A stretch of 55,884 bases of DNA from Eubacteriales bacterium (GCA_045537595.1 JAZSPS010000011.1:1-55884); one strand, 5' to 3'; numbered from the stretch's first letter, positions 40,785 through 51,554 are shown. Numbers and translations: made by a program. Notes: a model not told the origin generated them from the letters alone.

Positions 40785-41648
40785 TCAGATCGTTCCCGTA
40801 ATAACATATTCCACAACACCGGGGGTGACGGTAACCACACCGGTAACAGGATCACGGGTAAAGGTAGCTGCCGGCACCGTGTCGGCGGTTGCCGTATCGG
40901 CGGGAACTGTCAATACTCCGTTTTCATATACATAATCGGTGGCAGGTACCGCAACACCGTTGCGCGTAACCGTAATATTGGAGGGAGCGGGATCAAAGCT
41001 GTCGGTAATCTGAACATTCTCAGCGGCAGCGTTTCCATAGTTATAAATTCTGATGGTGTAAGTCAGGGTGTCGCCGCATACAGCGGGATTGGGGCTCATC
41101 TGCTTAAAGACCGTAACATTGGCACCGCTTTCCACGGTAACCGTAGCGGAGGCGGTTCCGCTGGCACATTCCGCGTCTGCGGAAAGCGTGGCGGTATTCA
41201 CAAGAGTAGAGCCTTCCTCAAGAGGAGCAAATTCATTGACCTGAACATTGTAAACAATGTTTGCGGTGGCACCGGAGGGGAGCGACGCGATAATAAATAC
41301 CAATTGAGCGGGATCGGAATCATCCACGGTCAGCTGAGCGGTGGAATTCTGTCCGTTGATCAATAGGATCGCGTTTTCGGCGAATGATAGGGGAGTAAGC
41401 TCCGCTGTATTGAAAGAAAAGGTTGCTAAATTGTCTTCAATACGCACATTGCTTAAAGGTGCTCCCGATGTGTTTTGAACGGTTAAAATATACGTGAGGG
41501 TGGAATTTTCACCGTAAACAGAGCTCAACGGAGTTTTCGATAAAGAAACCGATGATTCTAATTCGATTTCAGCCAGATTGGAAACTCTGGTCGCTTCAAC
41601 ACCGTTTGAGGTGTATCGTACGGTTGCGAAATTTTCTATGGTTGCCAT
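40785..41648 (-). CDS. Tandem DUF11 (Ig-like) domain protein without signal peptide
   Basis: Two K...G..LTY.(L/I).(V/I).N.G..A..NV.I.D repeats; ATG 41648 after AGGAGA. Confidence 0.75.
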   Translation of the reverse strand: MATIENFATVRYTSNGVEATRVSNLAEIELESSVSLSKTPLSSVYGENSTLTYILTVQNTSGAPLSNVRIEDNLATFSFNTAELTPLSFAENAILLINGQNSTAQLTVDDSDPAQLVFIIASLPSGATANIVYNVQVNEFAPLEEGSTLVNTATLSADAECASGTASATVTVESGANVTVFKQMSPNPAVCGDTLTYTIRIYNYGNAAAENVQITDSFDPAPSNITVTRNGVAVPATDYVYENGVLTVPADTATADTVPAATFTRDPVTGVVTVTPGVVEYVITGTI

Positions 41649-41706
41649 AATATCTCCTGTACAAATGAATAATAAAAAATTATTGGAAGAAGTGCTTCCT
41701 TTAAAC

Positions 41707-41734
41707 AGGATATGCGGCAACAGGAAAAAATGTC
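41707..41734 (-). promoter_or_regulatory. Possible sigma-K promoter of DUF11 gene
   Basis: Minus strand GACA-16 bp-CATATCCT matches ACA-N16-CATANNNT. Confidence 0.5.
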
Positions 41735-44700
41735 AAAGCTTGTCGAGGATATCCTCGGAAAGAAGCAGGGGTAAGGGCTGAATATCAAACAATTTGGCGG
41801 CATGGGTGGAATAGATACAGAGCCGATCGCAGGGACGGTTAAAAAGCTGGGCTGTAGCTGCTGCATAATAAGAGAGCTGAAGACCGTGAAGCTGATTCAT
41901 CTTTTTCTCGGCGAGGTGAAAGTCGCTCTTTTCCCTCAAGGTCAAACGATCGGTTTTGTAATCATATAGCTCAAGACTGCCGTCTTTTCCGATCAAAATC
42001 AAGTCTATTACGCCCTGAACCGCCAACTGCTCGGATTTTAGCTGGGCACGAAAGTTCTCATCCCGAGTAAAGTTTTCAGGGGAAAGCAATACATTAAAGC
42101 GTTGCTCCCGAATCACCTCAGACGCTCCTTCAATTCGTTCCATCAGCTCACTTTCCAAAAACAATTCCAAGTCTTCCACATGAATAAGCTCGGCAATATT
42201 GGATGGAATAAAACGCATCTCGATCAATCTCGCAATCTCGTTTTTTATCCCGTGGCGTTTTGCATAGCCAAAATCGCAAAATTGAAAAAACAAGTGGGTG
42301 GCAGTGCCCCTCTCAGCGGCGCTGCTGCGAGATATTTTTCCGCTGATAAAGAAATCGGGGAGGGAGGTCTTTTTTTGAATGGGGAAAAGGTCAAAAGAGG
42401 AATCGTTTTCATCCAATACATCAGGAGAGAGTCGGGAAACCGATAATTTGGCAGGAATTCGTCTTAAAACGGAATGGGGATATGAGAAAGCGAATTTCTC
42501 CTTTAATGTTTCCAATAAAGCCTGATCCGGTTCAATGGGTGCGGAGGAAATCGCCTCATCATGCGTGTCCAAAACATCATCCTCAGTCGGAAGTATGGTA
42601 TCTTGACGCTTCGGAACTAAAAAAGAAAGACGCGCGCAATTGGCAGGCTCTGCGGGATCCGCAAAAGGAATCAAGATCCAGTCTAAATAGGAATTGCATT
42701 TGAGTAAGGTGTGACGGTTGCAAAATTGAGCGCGCAATCCTGCTTGCTCTAATAGCTTTTCCTCGGTAGAGGAGCTGGCGGCAGTGATGTAAAGTCTTTC
42801 ACGGGCACGGGTCAGCGCTACGTATAGAATTCGCATTTCTTCTTCGCTTTGTCGAATCCCGTTGTTTGCGGCAAGAGCCTCGCGCATGGGGGTGTTGATC
42901 CTTGCAAATCCGGTGCTGTCCGAGATTTTCATGGCAACACCTGTGGGATATTCAAATAAAAGACTTGCCTGTTGATCCCGTCTGTTAAAACGATTGGCGG
43001 TTCCGCAAACAAAGCAAATCGGGAATTCCAATCCCTTGGATTGATGAATCGTCATAAGATTTACACGGTCGGGAGAAGCTCCTTTTGGGGGGACCTTCAT
43101 TTTTTTGCCTTCCTCAATTATGGTGTTGATAAATTCGATAAAATTATAAAGACCTTTGAAAGAGCCGGCTTCAAAGCTTCTGGCATATTCATAAAGCTGA
43201 AGGAGATTTCCACCCTCTCCCGATTCATTTTGTCCTCCCAGCAGTCCGGAAGCTACAAAAACGTCGGTGTCAAACAGAATCTGTAAGAATCGGTCAACAG
43301 GAAGAGCAATGGAAGCTTGCTGCCATTGCGTAAGTGTCGCGTCGAACCTTGCGCATTTTTCCGCCAGCGGAGTGTCTCCTTGCTTGTACGCCAGTAACGC
43401 ATCGTAAAGGGAATAGGAAGCATCACAGCTTTTTCGTATGCGGATAATATCATCCATGGTAAAGTCAAAAATCGGAGACCGAAGGGCACCGGTCAGAAAA
43501 ATATCTCGGTGGGGATTGTCTACCGTGTTTAAAATACAAAGAACCATTAGGACATCAGGGCTTTCAAAATAACGGTCTCCGTCATTTTCAGAGGAAAGAA
43601 TTCCACGGCTGTTCAATGCTTTGGCAACATAGGCACTCATGGAGCGCGATCGGAAGAGAACCGCAATATCTCCGGCAAGAATGGGGGAGCCGTCAGCCTT
43701 CTTTTCCTCCTTGATTAGCCTTTCGATTTCTTTGGATATATAAACCGCTTCCAGCATTTTTTTCTCGGGAGGCTCATCCTCAGCGTCATCGTCAGCTTCC
43801 TCGGTGTCGTTTTGATCTAAAATGACAGCGACCTCAACAGAGGGAGAAGAATACGAGGGAGAAGGGGAGAGCTTGGAACATACAAGGTCATCCTCCTTTT
43901 TGTATCCGATGCTTTCTGTGCATGCCGAAAAAATACGGGAACAGACCATATTGGTGAAATCAATAATATTGCTGTCACAGCGGAAATTATTCGACATAAA
44001 TACCGTTACGGAATCCGAATTGCTTTGGTCAGTATCGGAATAATCGGGAAAAGCGGCGCGGTATTCGGAAAAAACTTGTGGCTCGGCACCGCGGAAGCTG
44101 TAAATGCTTTGTTTGATATCGCCTACCATAAAACGGTTGGTAGGACGTGAAATAGAACGGAAAATCAGATCCTGCACTCGGTCAACATCTTGATACTCAT
44201 CAATATAAATATCTGAAAATTGATCGGCGTATTGCAAAGCGATCGGCGTGGGAGAGCCATCGGGGTTCACTAAAAGACGAAGCGTATATCTGCGGATATC
44301 GTTAAAGTCCAAAATGCTTCTTCGCTTTTTTTCTTCGGTCATTCTGGTGTCATATTCTGCTAAAACCTTATATAATACGTCGGTATAACAAGCGGTGTCC
44401 CTCATTGCCCGTACAATGATCTCGGGGGACTTGGAAAAAGAATTTTGTGCCAGCTTTCGGAGCTGGGCATGGAGATTGGTTCGCAGTGATTTGTAGCGCT
44501 CACTTTCTTCGGTGGTATATTCGGGTCTTAAACGCTTTAAGCGTACCGGGGCAAATCCTTCAAGAAGATTCTTGGTGCGAAAATATCCGTTTTCGGAATC
44601 AGAAAGAGCATCCAAAAGCGATAGGCAAAAATTCCGGTCGTAATCAAAAGAGGCGAGCATGGCATCGGACATTTCAGGATATTGTGATATGTAATCGCAG

Positions 44701-45404
44701 GCAGATTGAAAAACCGATAAACAATGCTCCGCCATATCCGAAACGCGAGCTTGCAGGACCTTTCCAAAGGAAGTAACAAAAAAATCAGACTGCGCTTCGG
44801 CATCTGCCAGCGTTTTCTCCGCGGATATCCTTAAAAATTCAATGCCCTCAGGTACCGAGGAAACACGGGAAGAAAGGGAAAGAAGCAGCTCTGTAAGCTG
44901 AGCATTGCTTCGTGTTCCCGTAAAGCACTCCGCAAAGGAAGGGAATGCTGTGTCCGTCTCATAGAAAAACTCTACTGTATCGTCCATAACGGATTTTGCA
45001 AGAAGCTCAAGCTCAGAGGCGTCGGCGATACGGAACGAAGCGGAAATTCCAAGATGAGAAAAATTGGATCGAACCAGCTCCAAATAAAAGGCATCAATCG
45101 TGCAGATCCGAGCGCTGCCTAGCTTGACCAATTGAGAGGTCAAATGGCGGTTAGACGGATTTTTTGCCAAAACATCGCCCAAGGCGGAAAAAATACGGCT
45201 TTTTAATTCCTCGGCGGCAGCACGCGTAAAGGTCACGATCAGCATTTCAGAAATGTTTTTCGGGGAGACAGGATCCGTAATTGCCCGAATAATTCGCTCG
45301 GTCAGCGTGGCTGTTTTGCCCGATCCGGCGGCAGCGCTGACCAACAGGGTTTTGTCTTGAATATTCATTGCGGCAGATTGCGCCGCAGTCCAATGTCTTG
45401 ACAT
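41733..45404 (-). CDS. addA: Helicase/nuclease AddA
   Basis: AAAGSGKT, VTFTRAAA, IDEYQD, VGDIKQSIYSFR, TIHQSKGLEF, YVALTRA, GVID..DYKT. Confidence 0.95.
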   Translation of the reverse strand: MSRHWTAAQSAAMNIQDKTLLVSAAAGSGKTATLTERIIRAITDPVSPKNISEMLIVTFTRAAAEELKSRIFSALGDVLAKNPSNRHLTSQLVKLGSARICTIDAFYLELVRSNFSHLGISASFRIADASELELLAKSVMDDTVEFFYETDTAFPSFAECFTGTRSNAQLTELLLSLSSRVSSVPEGIEFLRISAEKTLADAEAQSDFFVTSFGKVLQARVSDMAEHCLSVFQSACDYISQYPEMSDAMLASFDYDRNFCLSLLDALSDSENGYFRTKNLLEGFAPVRLKRLRPEYTTEESERYKSLRTNLHAQLRKLAQNSFSKSPEIIVRAMRDTACYTDVLYKVLAEYDTRMTEEKKRRSILDFNDIRRYTLRLLVNPDGSPTPIALQYADQFSDIYIDEYQDVDRVQDLIFRSISRPTNRFMVGDIKQSIYSFRGAEPQVFSEYRAAFPDYSDTDQSNSDSVTVFMSNNFRCDSNIIDFTNMVCSRIFSACTESIGYKKEDDLVCSKLSPSPSYSSPSVEVAVILDQNDTEEADDDAEDEPPEKKMLEAVYISKEIERLIKEEKKADGSPILAGDIAVLFRSRSMSAYVAKALNSRGILSSENDGDRYFESPDVLMVLCILNTVDNPHRDIFLTGALRSPIFDFTMDDIIRIRKSCDASYSLYDALLAYKQGDTPLAEKCARFDATLTQWQQASIALPVDRFLQILFDTDVFVASGLLGGQNESGEGGNLLQLYEYARSFEAGSFKGLYNFIEFINTIIEEGKKMKVPPKGASPDRVNLMTIHQSKGLEFPICFVCGTANRFNRRDQQASLLFEYPTGVAMKISDSTGFARINTPMREALAANNGIRQSEEEMRILYVALTRARERLYITAASSSTEEKLLEQAGLRAQFCNRHTLLKCNSYLDWILIPFADPAEPANCARLSFLVPKRQDTILPTEDDVLDTHDEAISSAPIEPDQALLETLKEKFAFSYPHSVLRRIPAKLSVSRLSPDVLDENDSSFDLFPIQKKTSLPDFFISGKISRSSAAERGTATHLFFQFCDFGYAKRHGIKNEIARLIEMRFIPSNIAELIHVEDLELFLESELMERIEGASEVIREQRFNVLLSPENFTRDENFRAQLKSEQLAVQGVIDLILIGKDGSLELYDYKTDRLTLREKSDFHLAEKKMNQLHGLQLSYYAAATAQLFNRPCDRLCIYSTHAAKLFDIQPLPLLLSEDILDKL

Positions 45405-45438
45405 AATCTCTCCTTAATTTTTGATTTCTTCCAATCCG

Positions 45439-48400
45439 TTATTCCACCGCCTTGCGGCAGATCGGCTTCATGTTGCAATACGCGCAGGGATCCATTTGCT
45501 TGTATCGTATGGGTTTGGCATCCGCTTGACCATCACGAAGCTCTTTTGTTATTTTTTCTACAGTGGAGCGGATTTGGCAATAGAGCGTGTCAAAAGCCTC
45601 GTTTGAGGTGAGCGCGTTTCCTATAAGAAGTCCCTCCTTGTTCCTTTTGATTCCCGCGAGAAATTTAGGGGAAAGCTCTTGATTCATGGATAAAAGAATT
45701 TCCTCATTGTCCAAAAGCAAGCCGCTTCTCTTTAAAGAATCGGAGGCTTTTTCTAAAACCGAAGCCTCGCTGTCATAGTCCTCCGCTTGAATCACAGGGA
45801 TATTCGCGGAGAGATAAATAATTCCGGCAGGGGTTGGAAGCTGATCCTCCTTCAATCCGAGAGATCTTGTAAACTCGTTGTTCGCGTTGCGGCAAAGGGT
45901 GAATAAATATAAAAGCATTTGAATGTTAATGCCATGAGCGACATCGTCCACGGAAAAAACCTTGGTCCCTGTTTTGTAATCCACAATGCGAATATATACC
46001 TCTCCGTTTTTATTCAAGATATCCACACGGTCAATAATACCGGAGAAGGATACACGGAAGCCGTCGTCCAACACAAATTCCATAGGGGGAGGATTGCCAT
46101 CACGGCCGTTAGTGGAAAGCTCAAAAAATGTCGGACGGAACTGGCTGTGGGAAAATTCCTCCACAATGTTTCGTACCATTAGCAAGGAGAGCTTTTTCAA
46201 ACGCTCATACAAATGCAACAGCTTCCGAGAATTTCTCAGCTCTGCAGGGCAAACCTTATCGATGTATTCCGCCACTGTTTTTTCTGTCTGAGCAATTAAG
46301 GTCTCGTCGTCGGGAAGAGTACCGTCTTTGGTCTGGGTAACAGCAAATCGGAGAAGCTGCTCCAATATGTAATGAATAAAGGTTCCCATGTGAGAAACAC
46401 GAAAATCGGCTTGCTTTTTTTCACGGAGAGCGAGAATGTACGTGCAATAATAGTTAAAAGGACACGTCACATACGATTCAAAGCGTGAGGAGGAAAAACG
46501 TAAGCTTTTTCCAATTGAATCTGATACGACCGCGGGATCCACATGACAAGAGGCGGAGGAGGATGAGGCCTCCGATAAAATGTCAATCGATGGAATATAA
46601 GGCAATAAGGCTTGTGTAAGAGCCAATTTCTCGGAGAAATTTTTGAGAGAACGAATATGCGGGGCGGCACTTCTTGGAGACCCCGCCAAATAATGGAGAT
46701 CGGCACCCGAATAACGGTGAGGAATCAGCTCGGGAAACAGCGCTTTGACACGGTTAAAAGCAAGTGAAGGAGTACGCGCGGAGCCGCTTACTTCGGAAAC
46801 AGAGGTAAAGAGATAGAGACCGTGAGAGGGGGCGGAAAACGCTCGCTGAACATACATCAGCTCGTCCGAGGAACGGGTGTCCGTGTCGGAGGTAAGCTCG
46901 ATTCCAAGCTTGGAAAGCGTGCTTCGGTCGCCGGAGGAAAATAAACCGATATCATTCACAGCCGCGGGGAATTCTCCTTCGCACAATCCCAAAACAAAGG
47001 TGTATTTGGGATTTGACGGGCGTAACATGGCGGCAGAACCGATCATGACCTCGTCTACCGATGTGGGGATGGTACCGATAGAGGTTTGGGAGAATACCAT
47101 CTGTAAAAGGATCGAAAGCTCTTCCGTGCTTATCCTCTCATCAGGTAAAGCGAAGGCAATATCCGCGAGAGTGTTTAATATTATGCCGAATAAAGCTTGA
47201 AGCTCCTTTGAAGCTTTGCGATTTCCGCTGTTCCATTCCTTTTGCGCGAGAGAGAAAAGATGGTTTTCCAAATCAATATCGGAAAAATAGTCAAAGATGG
47301 CGCGGCACATGGCAGGAATATTGTCAGCAGCATCTAAAAGAATAAAAAGCTTTTCCAACTTTTTAACAAGCTCATTACGGATCTTGTTGGCGGCGAAAAG
47401 AATATTTTTTCCTCTCTCGGAGATAAGCTCGGTAAATCCGTCAGGATTCATGGTCCAGTCACTGTCTGTAAAGCGAGAACCGTGAATATTCCAAGTATCT
47501 AAATATTCCTCAAAAAGACAAATATCACGATCCTCAAAGTCATACATACCTGTCTTGATATGTGAAATGATATCATTTTTTTGCCAATTAAATTGCTTGA
47601 TACGTAAAGCGGACAGTAAAAGCTTAATGGGGGGGAGCACGGAAAGATCGGTCTTTTCCGAGAAGAAAAAGGGAATATTGTTTTTCTCAAAGGCGGGTTC
47701 AATAATTCCTTTGTATTTTTTGGGATCGCGCATCAGAACAACAATGTCCCGACACCGTTCTCCGGAACGCAGCAATTCCAATACATGGGCGGCAGTTGCC
47801 TCTGCCTCGGCGTACGGAGTGTCACAGATCTCCATGTGGATCGATTCATCCGCGTTTGCGGGGGAGTCCTCAGAGGAGACGTCGAGTCGCCAAAGGGCAT
47901 CGGAAAGATAAGCAAGGGCAGGAGCGGCGGCTCTCCGATTTCCACGCAAAATCATTTGCCTGTGACCGCCATGCAGAGCCGCGGAATTTATCAGCTTTTG
48001 CAGAGAAAAACGTATTCCTTGTGTATGAATATCATTGGATTCAGGATGTGGGAGAGCAATTGTCACGGTTACATTATCGGCTTGAGCAAATATCTGCTCT
48101 ATGATCCGATGCTCTACCGCGGTAAAGGAAGTAAAGGAATCCAAATATACATGGCATCCCGAAAAAAATTTTTCTTTTTTCAGTATTTCGTTCAATCGGG
48201 CAAGATCATCTGAGGAATCACTGTAATTTTCGGAAATCAGACGATCATAAGAGGAAAATATCAGAGCGAGGTCCCGAAGTCGCTTCGATAAGGGATCATC
48301 GGTTTTCAGTTTGCTTGCGGCAAACTCTAACTGCTCAGGAGAAACGCCGCAGGATTTACATTCATTCATAGCGGAAAGCATGATCTGGGTCATAGAGGAA

Positions 48401-48738
48401 TCGTTAGCGGCAGAGGTATCGTATTCTTCAAGCAAAGGCATCAGCTCACGCAGATTTTGCCACATCATCAGATGACGGATCGGGGGAGTGATGTAGCGAT
48501 AGCACAAGCCTCCGTATTCCCGACATACTCGGTTGTAAAGACGAGAGAAATTTAAAATTTCCAGATGGAGCTGGGCAGACGGAGGTAAAAGCTCCAAAGC
48601 GGCACGCTCAGCTTGAACCGCCTCTTGCTCGGGTATAATTAAAAAGGTGTGAATACCTGCGGCGGTATCCTTTGCGATAGATTGAAGAAGAGCGGTCGTT
48701 TTTCCGCTTCCGTAGGTTCCGTAAATAAAAGTAATCAT
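45439..48738 (-). CDS. addB: Helicase/nuclease AddB
   Basis: GTYGSGKT, IPEQ, CPF, GIIDRVD..IVDYKTG, QMLLY, CAYC...C; ATG 48738 after AAAGGAG. Confidence 0.92.
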   Translation of the reverse strand: MITFIYGTYGSGKTTALLQSIAKDTAAGIHTFLIIPEQEAVQAERAALELLPPSAQLHLEILNFSRLYNRVCREYGGLCYRYITPPIRHLMMWQNLRELMPLLEEYDTSAANDSSMTQIMLSAMNECKSCGVSPEQLEFAASKLKTDDPLSKRLRDLALIFSSYDRLISENYSDSSDDLARLNEILKKEKFFSGCHVYLDSFTSFTAVEHRIIEQIFAQADNVTVTIALPHPESNDIHTQGIRFSLQKLINSAALHGGHRQMILRGNRRAAAPALAYLSDALWRLDVSSEDSPANADESIHMEICDTPYAEAEATAAHVLELLRSGERCRDIVVLMRDPKKYKGIIEPAFEKNNIPFFFSEKTDLSVLPPIKLLLSALRIKQFNWQKNDIISHIKTGMYDFEDRDICLFEEYLDTWNIHGSRFTDSDWTMNPDGFTELISERGKNILFAANKIRNELVKKLEKLFILLDAADNIPAMCRAIFDYFSDIDLENHLFSLAQKEWNSGNRKASKELQALFGIILNTLADIAFALPDERISTEELSILLQMVFSQTSIGTIPTSVDEVMIGSAAMLRPSNPKYTFVLGLCEGEFPAAVNDIGLFSSGDRSTLSKLGIELTSDTDTRSSDELMYVQRAFSAPSHGLYLFTSVSEVSGSARTPSLAFNRVKALFPELIPHRYSGADLHYLAGSPRSAAPHIRSLKNFSEKLALTQALLPYIPSIDILSEASSSSASCHVDPAVVSDSIGKSLRFSSSRFESYVTCPFNYYCTYILALREKKQADFRVSHMGTFIHYILEQLLRFAVTQTKDGTLPDDETLIAQTEKTVAEYIDKVCPAELRNSRKLLHLYERLKKLSLLMVRNIVEEFSHSQFRPTFFELSTNGRDGNPPPMEFVLDDGFRVSFSGIIDRVDILNKNGEVYIRIVDYKTGTKVFSVDDVAHGINIQMLLYLFTLCRNANNEFTRSLGLKEDQLPTPAGIIYLSANIPVIQAEDYDSEASVLEKASDSLKRSGLLLDNEEILLSMNQELSPKFLAGIKRNKEGLLIGNALTSNEAFDTLYCQIRSTVEKITKELRDGQADAKPIRYKQMDPCAYCNMKPICRKAVE

Positions 48739-48855
48739 AACAAAGGCTCCTTTCAATCAAACAATCATATAATCAAACATTCAAATCAATGCTAAGCAAT
48801 ATTGTATATATAAAATTAAAATTAGTAAGTGGCAGATATCGTCCGTGATAAAGAT

Positions 48856-49635
48856 CTAATAAATTTCGGTAATATGGGCAGAGGAAGAAAGAACTTTCTT
48901 TTTTAACGTAAAAAAATAATGTCTGCGAATCATTAAAATATTATCTTTCTCTAAGCGAGAGGCTAAAAAAGGTTTTCCTTTTTTTCCGTGTAAGCCTGTG
49001 GAGCTCCAAAAATATGGGGAGACAATAATGCAAAAGTTTGATTCATCTTTGGCAATATCCTCTGCCATAGAGCAGAAGTAAGAGTTCGGAGTAAAAGGGT
49101 GTCCCTTTTGTGGAAAAAGAATGGTTACCTTTTTTTCGAGGATTCGTTCTTTGTTGGCCGCATTGATCTGCTTGCCTTTAAAAAAGGTAAGAATTAACGT
49201 CGCATTGGAAATAAAAAGGGTAAATGGAAGAGAAATAACAAAAAAAGAAGCTGAAATAACAAAAATAGCACTGGATTCTATCGCTCCCAGTAAAATGGCT
49301 AAAATTTTCAGAGTGGTTTTTATAAAGGTAAAGCGTCGCACACTTCGAATGATTTTTGCGTATACCTGAAAAACCGAGGTGCGCCGGATTTGATCATAAA
49401 TATAAGCGGAATATCGATTTTTTGAAAAAAGATATTCATTTTGCGCCTGCTTTTCAAATTCGGAATGTACAAAATCATTTTTGGACTGGGAAGCTTCTCC
49501 TTTAATTTCCTCAAGCTCTAAGTGTAATGTGTCTATTTCACGTCTTAACCTTCGATTTTCCTTTTTCAGCTCTTTGAGCGTCTCCTCTTCTTTATCTATT
49601 TTGTGGGCTTGTTTCCTTGAGCTTTTTTTAGACAT
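48856..49635 (-). CDS. Hypothetical membrane protein with N-terminal coiled coil
   Basis: ATG 49635 after GGAGA; heptad-like K/E-rich stretch then central hydrophobic hairpin. Confidence 0.65.
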   Translation of the reverse strand: MSKKSSRKQAHKIDKEEETLKELKKENRRLRREIDTLHLELEEIKGEASQSKNDFVHSEFEKQAQNEYLFSKNRYSAYIYDQIRRTSVFQVYAKIIRSVRRFTFIKTTLKILAILLGAIESSAIFVISASFFVISLPFTLFISNATLILTFFKGKQINAANKERILEKKVTILFPQKGHPFTPNSYFCSMAEDIAKDESNFCIIVSPYFWSSTGLHGKKGKPFLASRLEKDNILMIRRHYFFTLKKKVLSSSAHITEIY

Positions 49636-49744
49636 AACGGTCTCCGTGCGATACAATATTCTTAATAATATTATAACAGAAAAATAATATAAAAACAACA
49701 GTCAAAATTATTTTATGAAGGTTTTTATCGGAATTCAGCAAGTA

Positions 49745-49787
49745 TTACATAATCCGTCAAAAAACTGTCACATTTCGATTTTATAAT
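49745..49787 (+). promoter_or_regulatory. htrA promoter: TATAAT with 11-bp-period repeats instead of a -35
   Basis: TTACAT (49745), GTCAAA (49756), GTCACA (49767), TATAAT (49782). Confidence 0.45.
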
Positions 49788-49832
49788 GTATACAGAACAG
49801 AAAGGCGTAAAGCCAAAAATCGGGAGGCATGT

Positions 49833-51446
49833 ATGAAGGATGAAAATATACAGAATAACTTCCATGAGACACAGGATCATTTACATGATGACGTAACCAA
49901 ATCCGAAAGGACAGACAATCATGATGCTGACTTATATCAAAATAACGAAAAAAGCGGTTCGGAAGCTTCGACAGAGCTTAAAGAAGAAATCCAAGCTTCT
50001 ACAGAAAAAAAAGAAGTTACTGAGGAGCAACGAGAAGCATTTGACACACAAGAAGAAGCAGCTTCAAAAGAAGCGGCTTTTGATAACGAAAAAAGTGAAG
50101 AATTTGCGGAATCCGCCAGAAGTGAAAAACGTGAGACCTCCGATGTGAGAAATGAAAAAGCTGAGATTCCCAAAGAAGAGGAAGGACAGTCCGCACAGCA
50201 GTATTCATGCAGTTATACACCGCCATACTATATTCCAAATTTTACAGTTTCGGAGCCAAATGAAAATCAAGTGAAAGCGCAAAAGAAAGAGAGAAAATCA
50301 GGCTCAAGCAAAGGTGTTGCAATCATCGCGATTGCTGTTGTTTTGTGCTTGCTGGTTTCTTTTGTGGTGGGAAGCTATGCGGGATACAAAGCGGCATCCT
50401 ATTACGGATCTGGTTCTGTTGTCGAGGGCGACAATGGTGTTACGGTCATAAAAAACGACGGCAGTATTAAAGTAAACGAAAAGGTGGGCTCCACAGGTTA
50501 TTCCAATTTAAGTGTTTCGGGAGTAGTTGATCTGGTTGCGGATAATGTGGTTGAAATTTTCACGTCACAGGTTCAAACGGATATATTTTATGGACAGTAT
50601 ATTACAAGCGGAGCGGGAAGCGGCGTTATTATTACCGAAAACGGATATATTATTACCAATAATCATGTAATTGAAGGCGCTACCGAGATCTATGTCCGCT
50701 TGACAGACGGAAGTGAGTATAAAGCGGAATGCATCGGCGGAGATGCGGATTACGATATCGCCGTGATAAAGATTGAGGCGGCACAAGCTTTCCCTCCGTT
50801 GGCTTTGGGAAAGAGCTCCGAGCTTCAGGTAGGTGAATCGGTTGTTGCCATCGGAAATCCCTTGGGATCCTTGGGCGGTACGGTGACCAATGGTATTATC
50901 AGCGCTCTTGACCGCAAGGTCACGGTGGATGGTCACCAAATGACACTGTTGCAAACCAATACAGCAATTAATCCGGGAAATTCGGGCGGAGGACTGTTTA
51001 ATATGGCGGGAGAGCTTATCGGTGTTGTAAATGCCAAGCAGTCGGATACAGGAATTGAAGGCTTGGGATTTGCCATTCCCATTGATGTGGCTTGGAATGT
51101 CGCTAAGGATATCATGGAACACGGCTATGTTACCGGAAAGCCTTTCTTGGGCTTCTCCGTGCAAGAGGATACAGACGGATTTGTTTTGCGTGACGGATGG
51201 TATTATTATTCCTATCCCGCGGGTGTCTATATTGTAGAGACAAGCAATAGTCAGTTGGCAATATACGATAGGATTGTGTCCATTGACGGCATTACCATTA
51301 ACTCTATCAGTGACTATTATGCCGCTATCAATGAAATGAATATTGGTGATACTTTTGAAATAACAATAAGCCGAAGAGACGGGCAGAACTTTAAAGAAAG
51401 CAAAGTTAATATTACAGTGACAGAATATGTGCCGCAGGGCTCATAA
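49833..51446 (+). CDS. htrA: HtrA/DegP-family serine protease with PDZ domain
   Basis: Acidic N-terminus, TM, GSGVII, TNNHV, DIAVIK, AIGNPLG, INPGNSGG, GLGFAIP. Confidence 0.93.
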   Translation: MKDENIQNNFHETQDHLHDDVTKSERTDNHDADLYQNNEKSGSEASTELKEEIQASTEKKEVTEEQREAFDTQEEAASKEAAFDNEKSEEFAESARSEKRETSDVRNEKAEIPKEEEGQSAQQYSCSYTPPYYIPNFTVSEPNENQVKAQKKERKSGSSKGVAIIAIAVVLCLLVSFVVGSYAGYKAASYYGSGSVVEGDNGVTVIKNDGSIKVNEKVGSTGYSNLSVSGVVDLVADNVVEIFTSQVQTDIFYGQYITSGAGSGVIITENGYIITNNHVIEGATEIYVRLTDGSEYKAECIGGDADYDIAVIKIEAAQAFPPLALGKSSELQVGESVVAIGNPLGSLGGTVTNGIISALDRKVTVDGHQMTLLQTNTAINPGNSGGGLFNMAGELIGVVNAKQSDTGIEGLGFAIPIDVAWNVAKDIMEHGYVTGKPFLGFSVQEDTDGFVLRDGWYYYSYPAGVYIVETSNSQLAIYDRIVSIDGITINSISDYYAAINEMNIGDTFEITISRRDGQNFKESKVNITVTEYVPQGS

Positions 51447-51462
51447 AATAAGAAAATAAAGG

Positions 51463-51491
51463 TTGAAAAAAAATAAGAAACGGTGTATAAT
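51463..51491 (+). promoter_or_regulatory. Sigma-A promoter of the two-component operon
   Basis: TTGAAA-17 bp-TATAAT. Confidence 0.6.
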
Positions 51492-51522
51492 AAATGTAAG
51501 GTAATAAAATGTATGCCGGAAA

Positions 51523-51554
51523 AAATAAGCCGCCGGTCCTTCGGCGGCTTATTT
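51523..51554 (+). terminator. Stem-loop between htrA and response regulator
   Basis: AAATAAGCCGCCG/CGGCGGCTTATTT. Confidence 0.65.

Noticed and set aside
48755-48779. AATCAAACA repeated twice upstream of addB
   Set aside because: Low complexity, two copies, no known operator match
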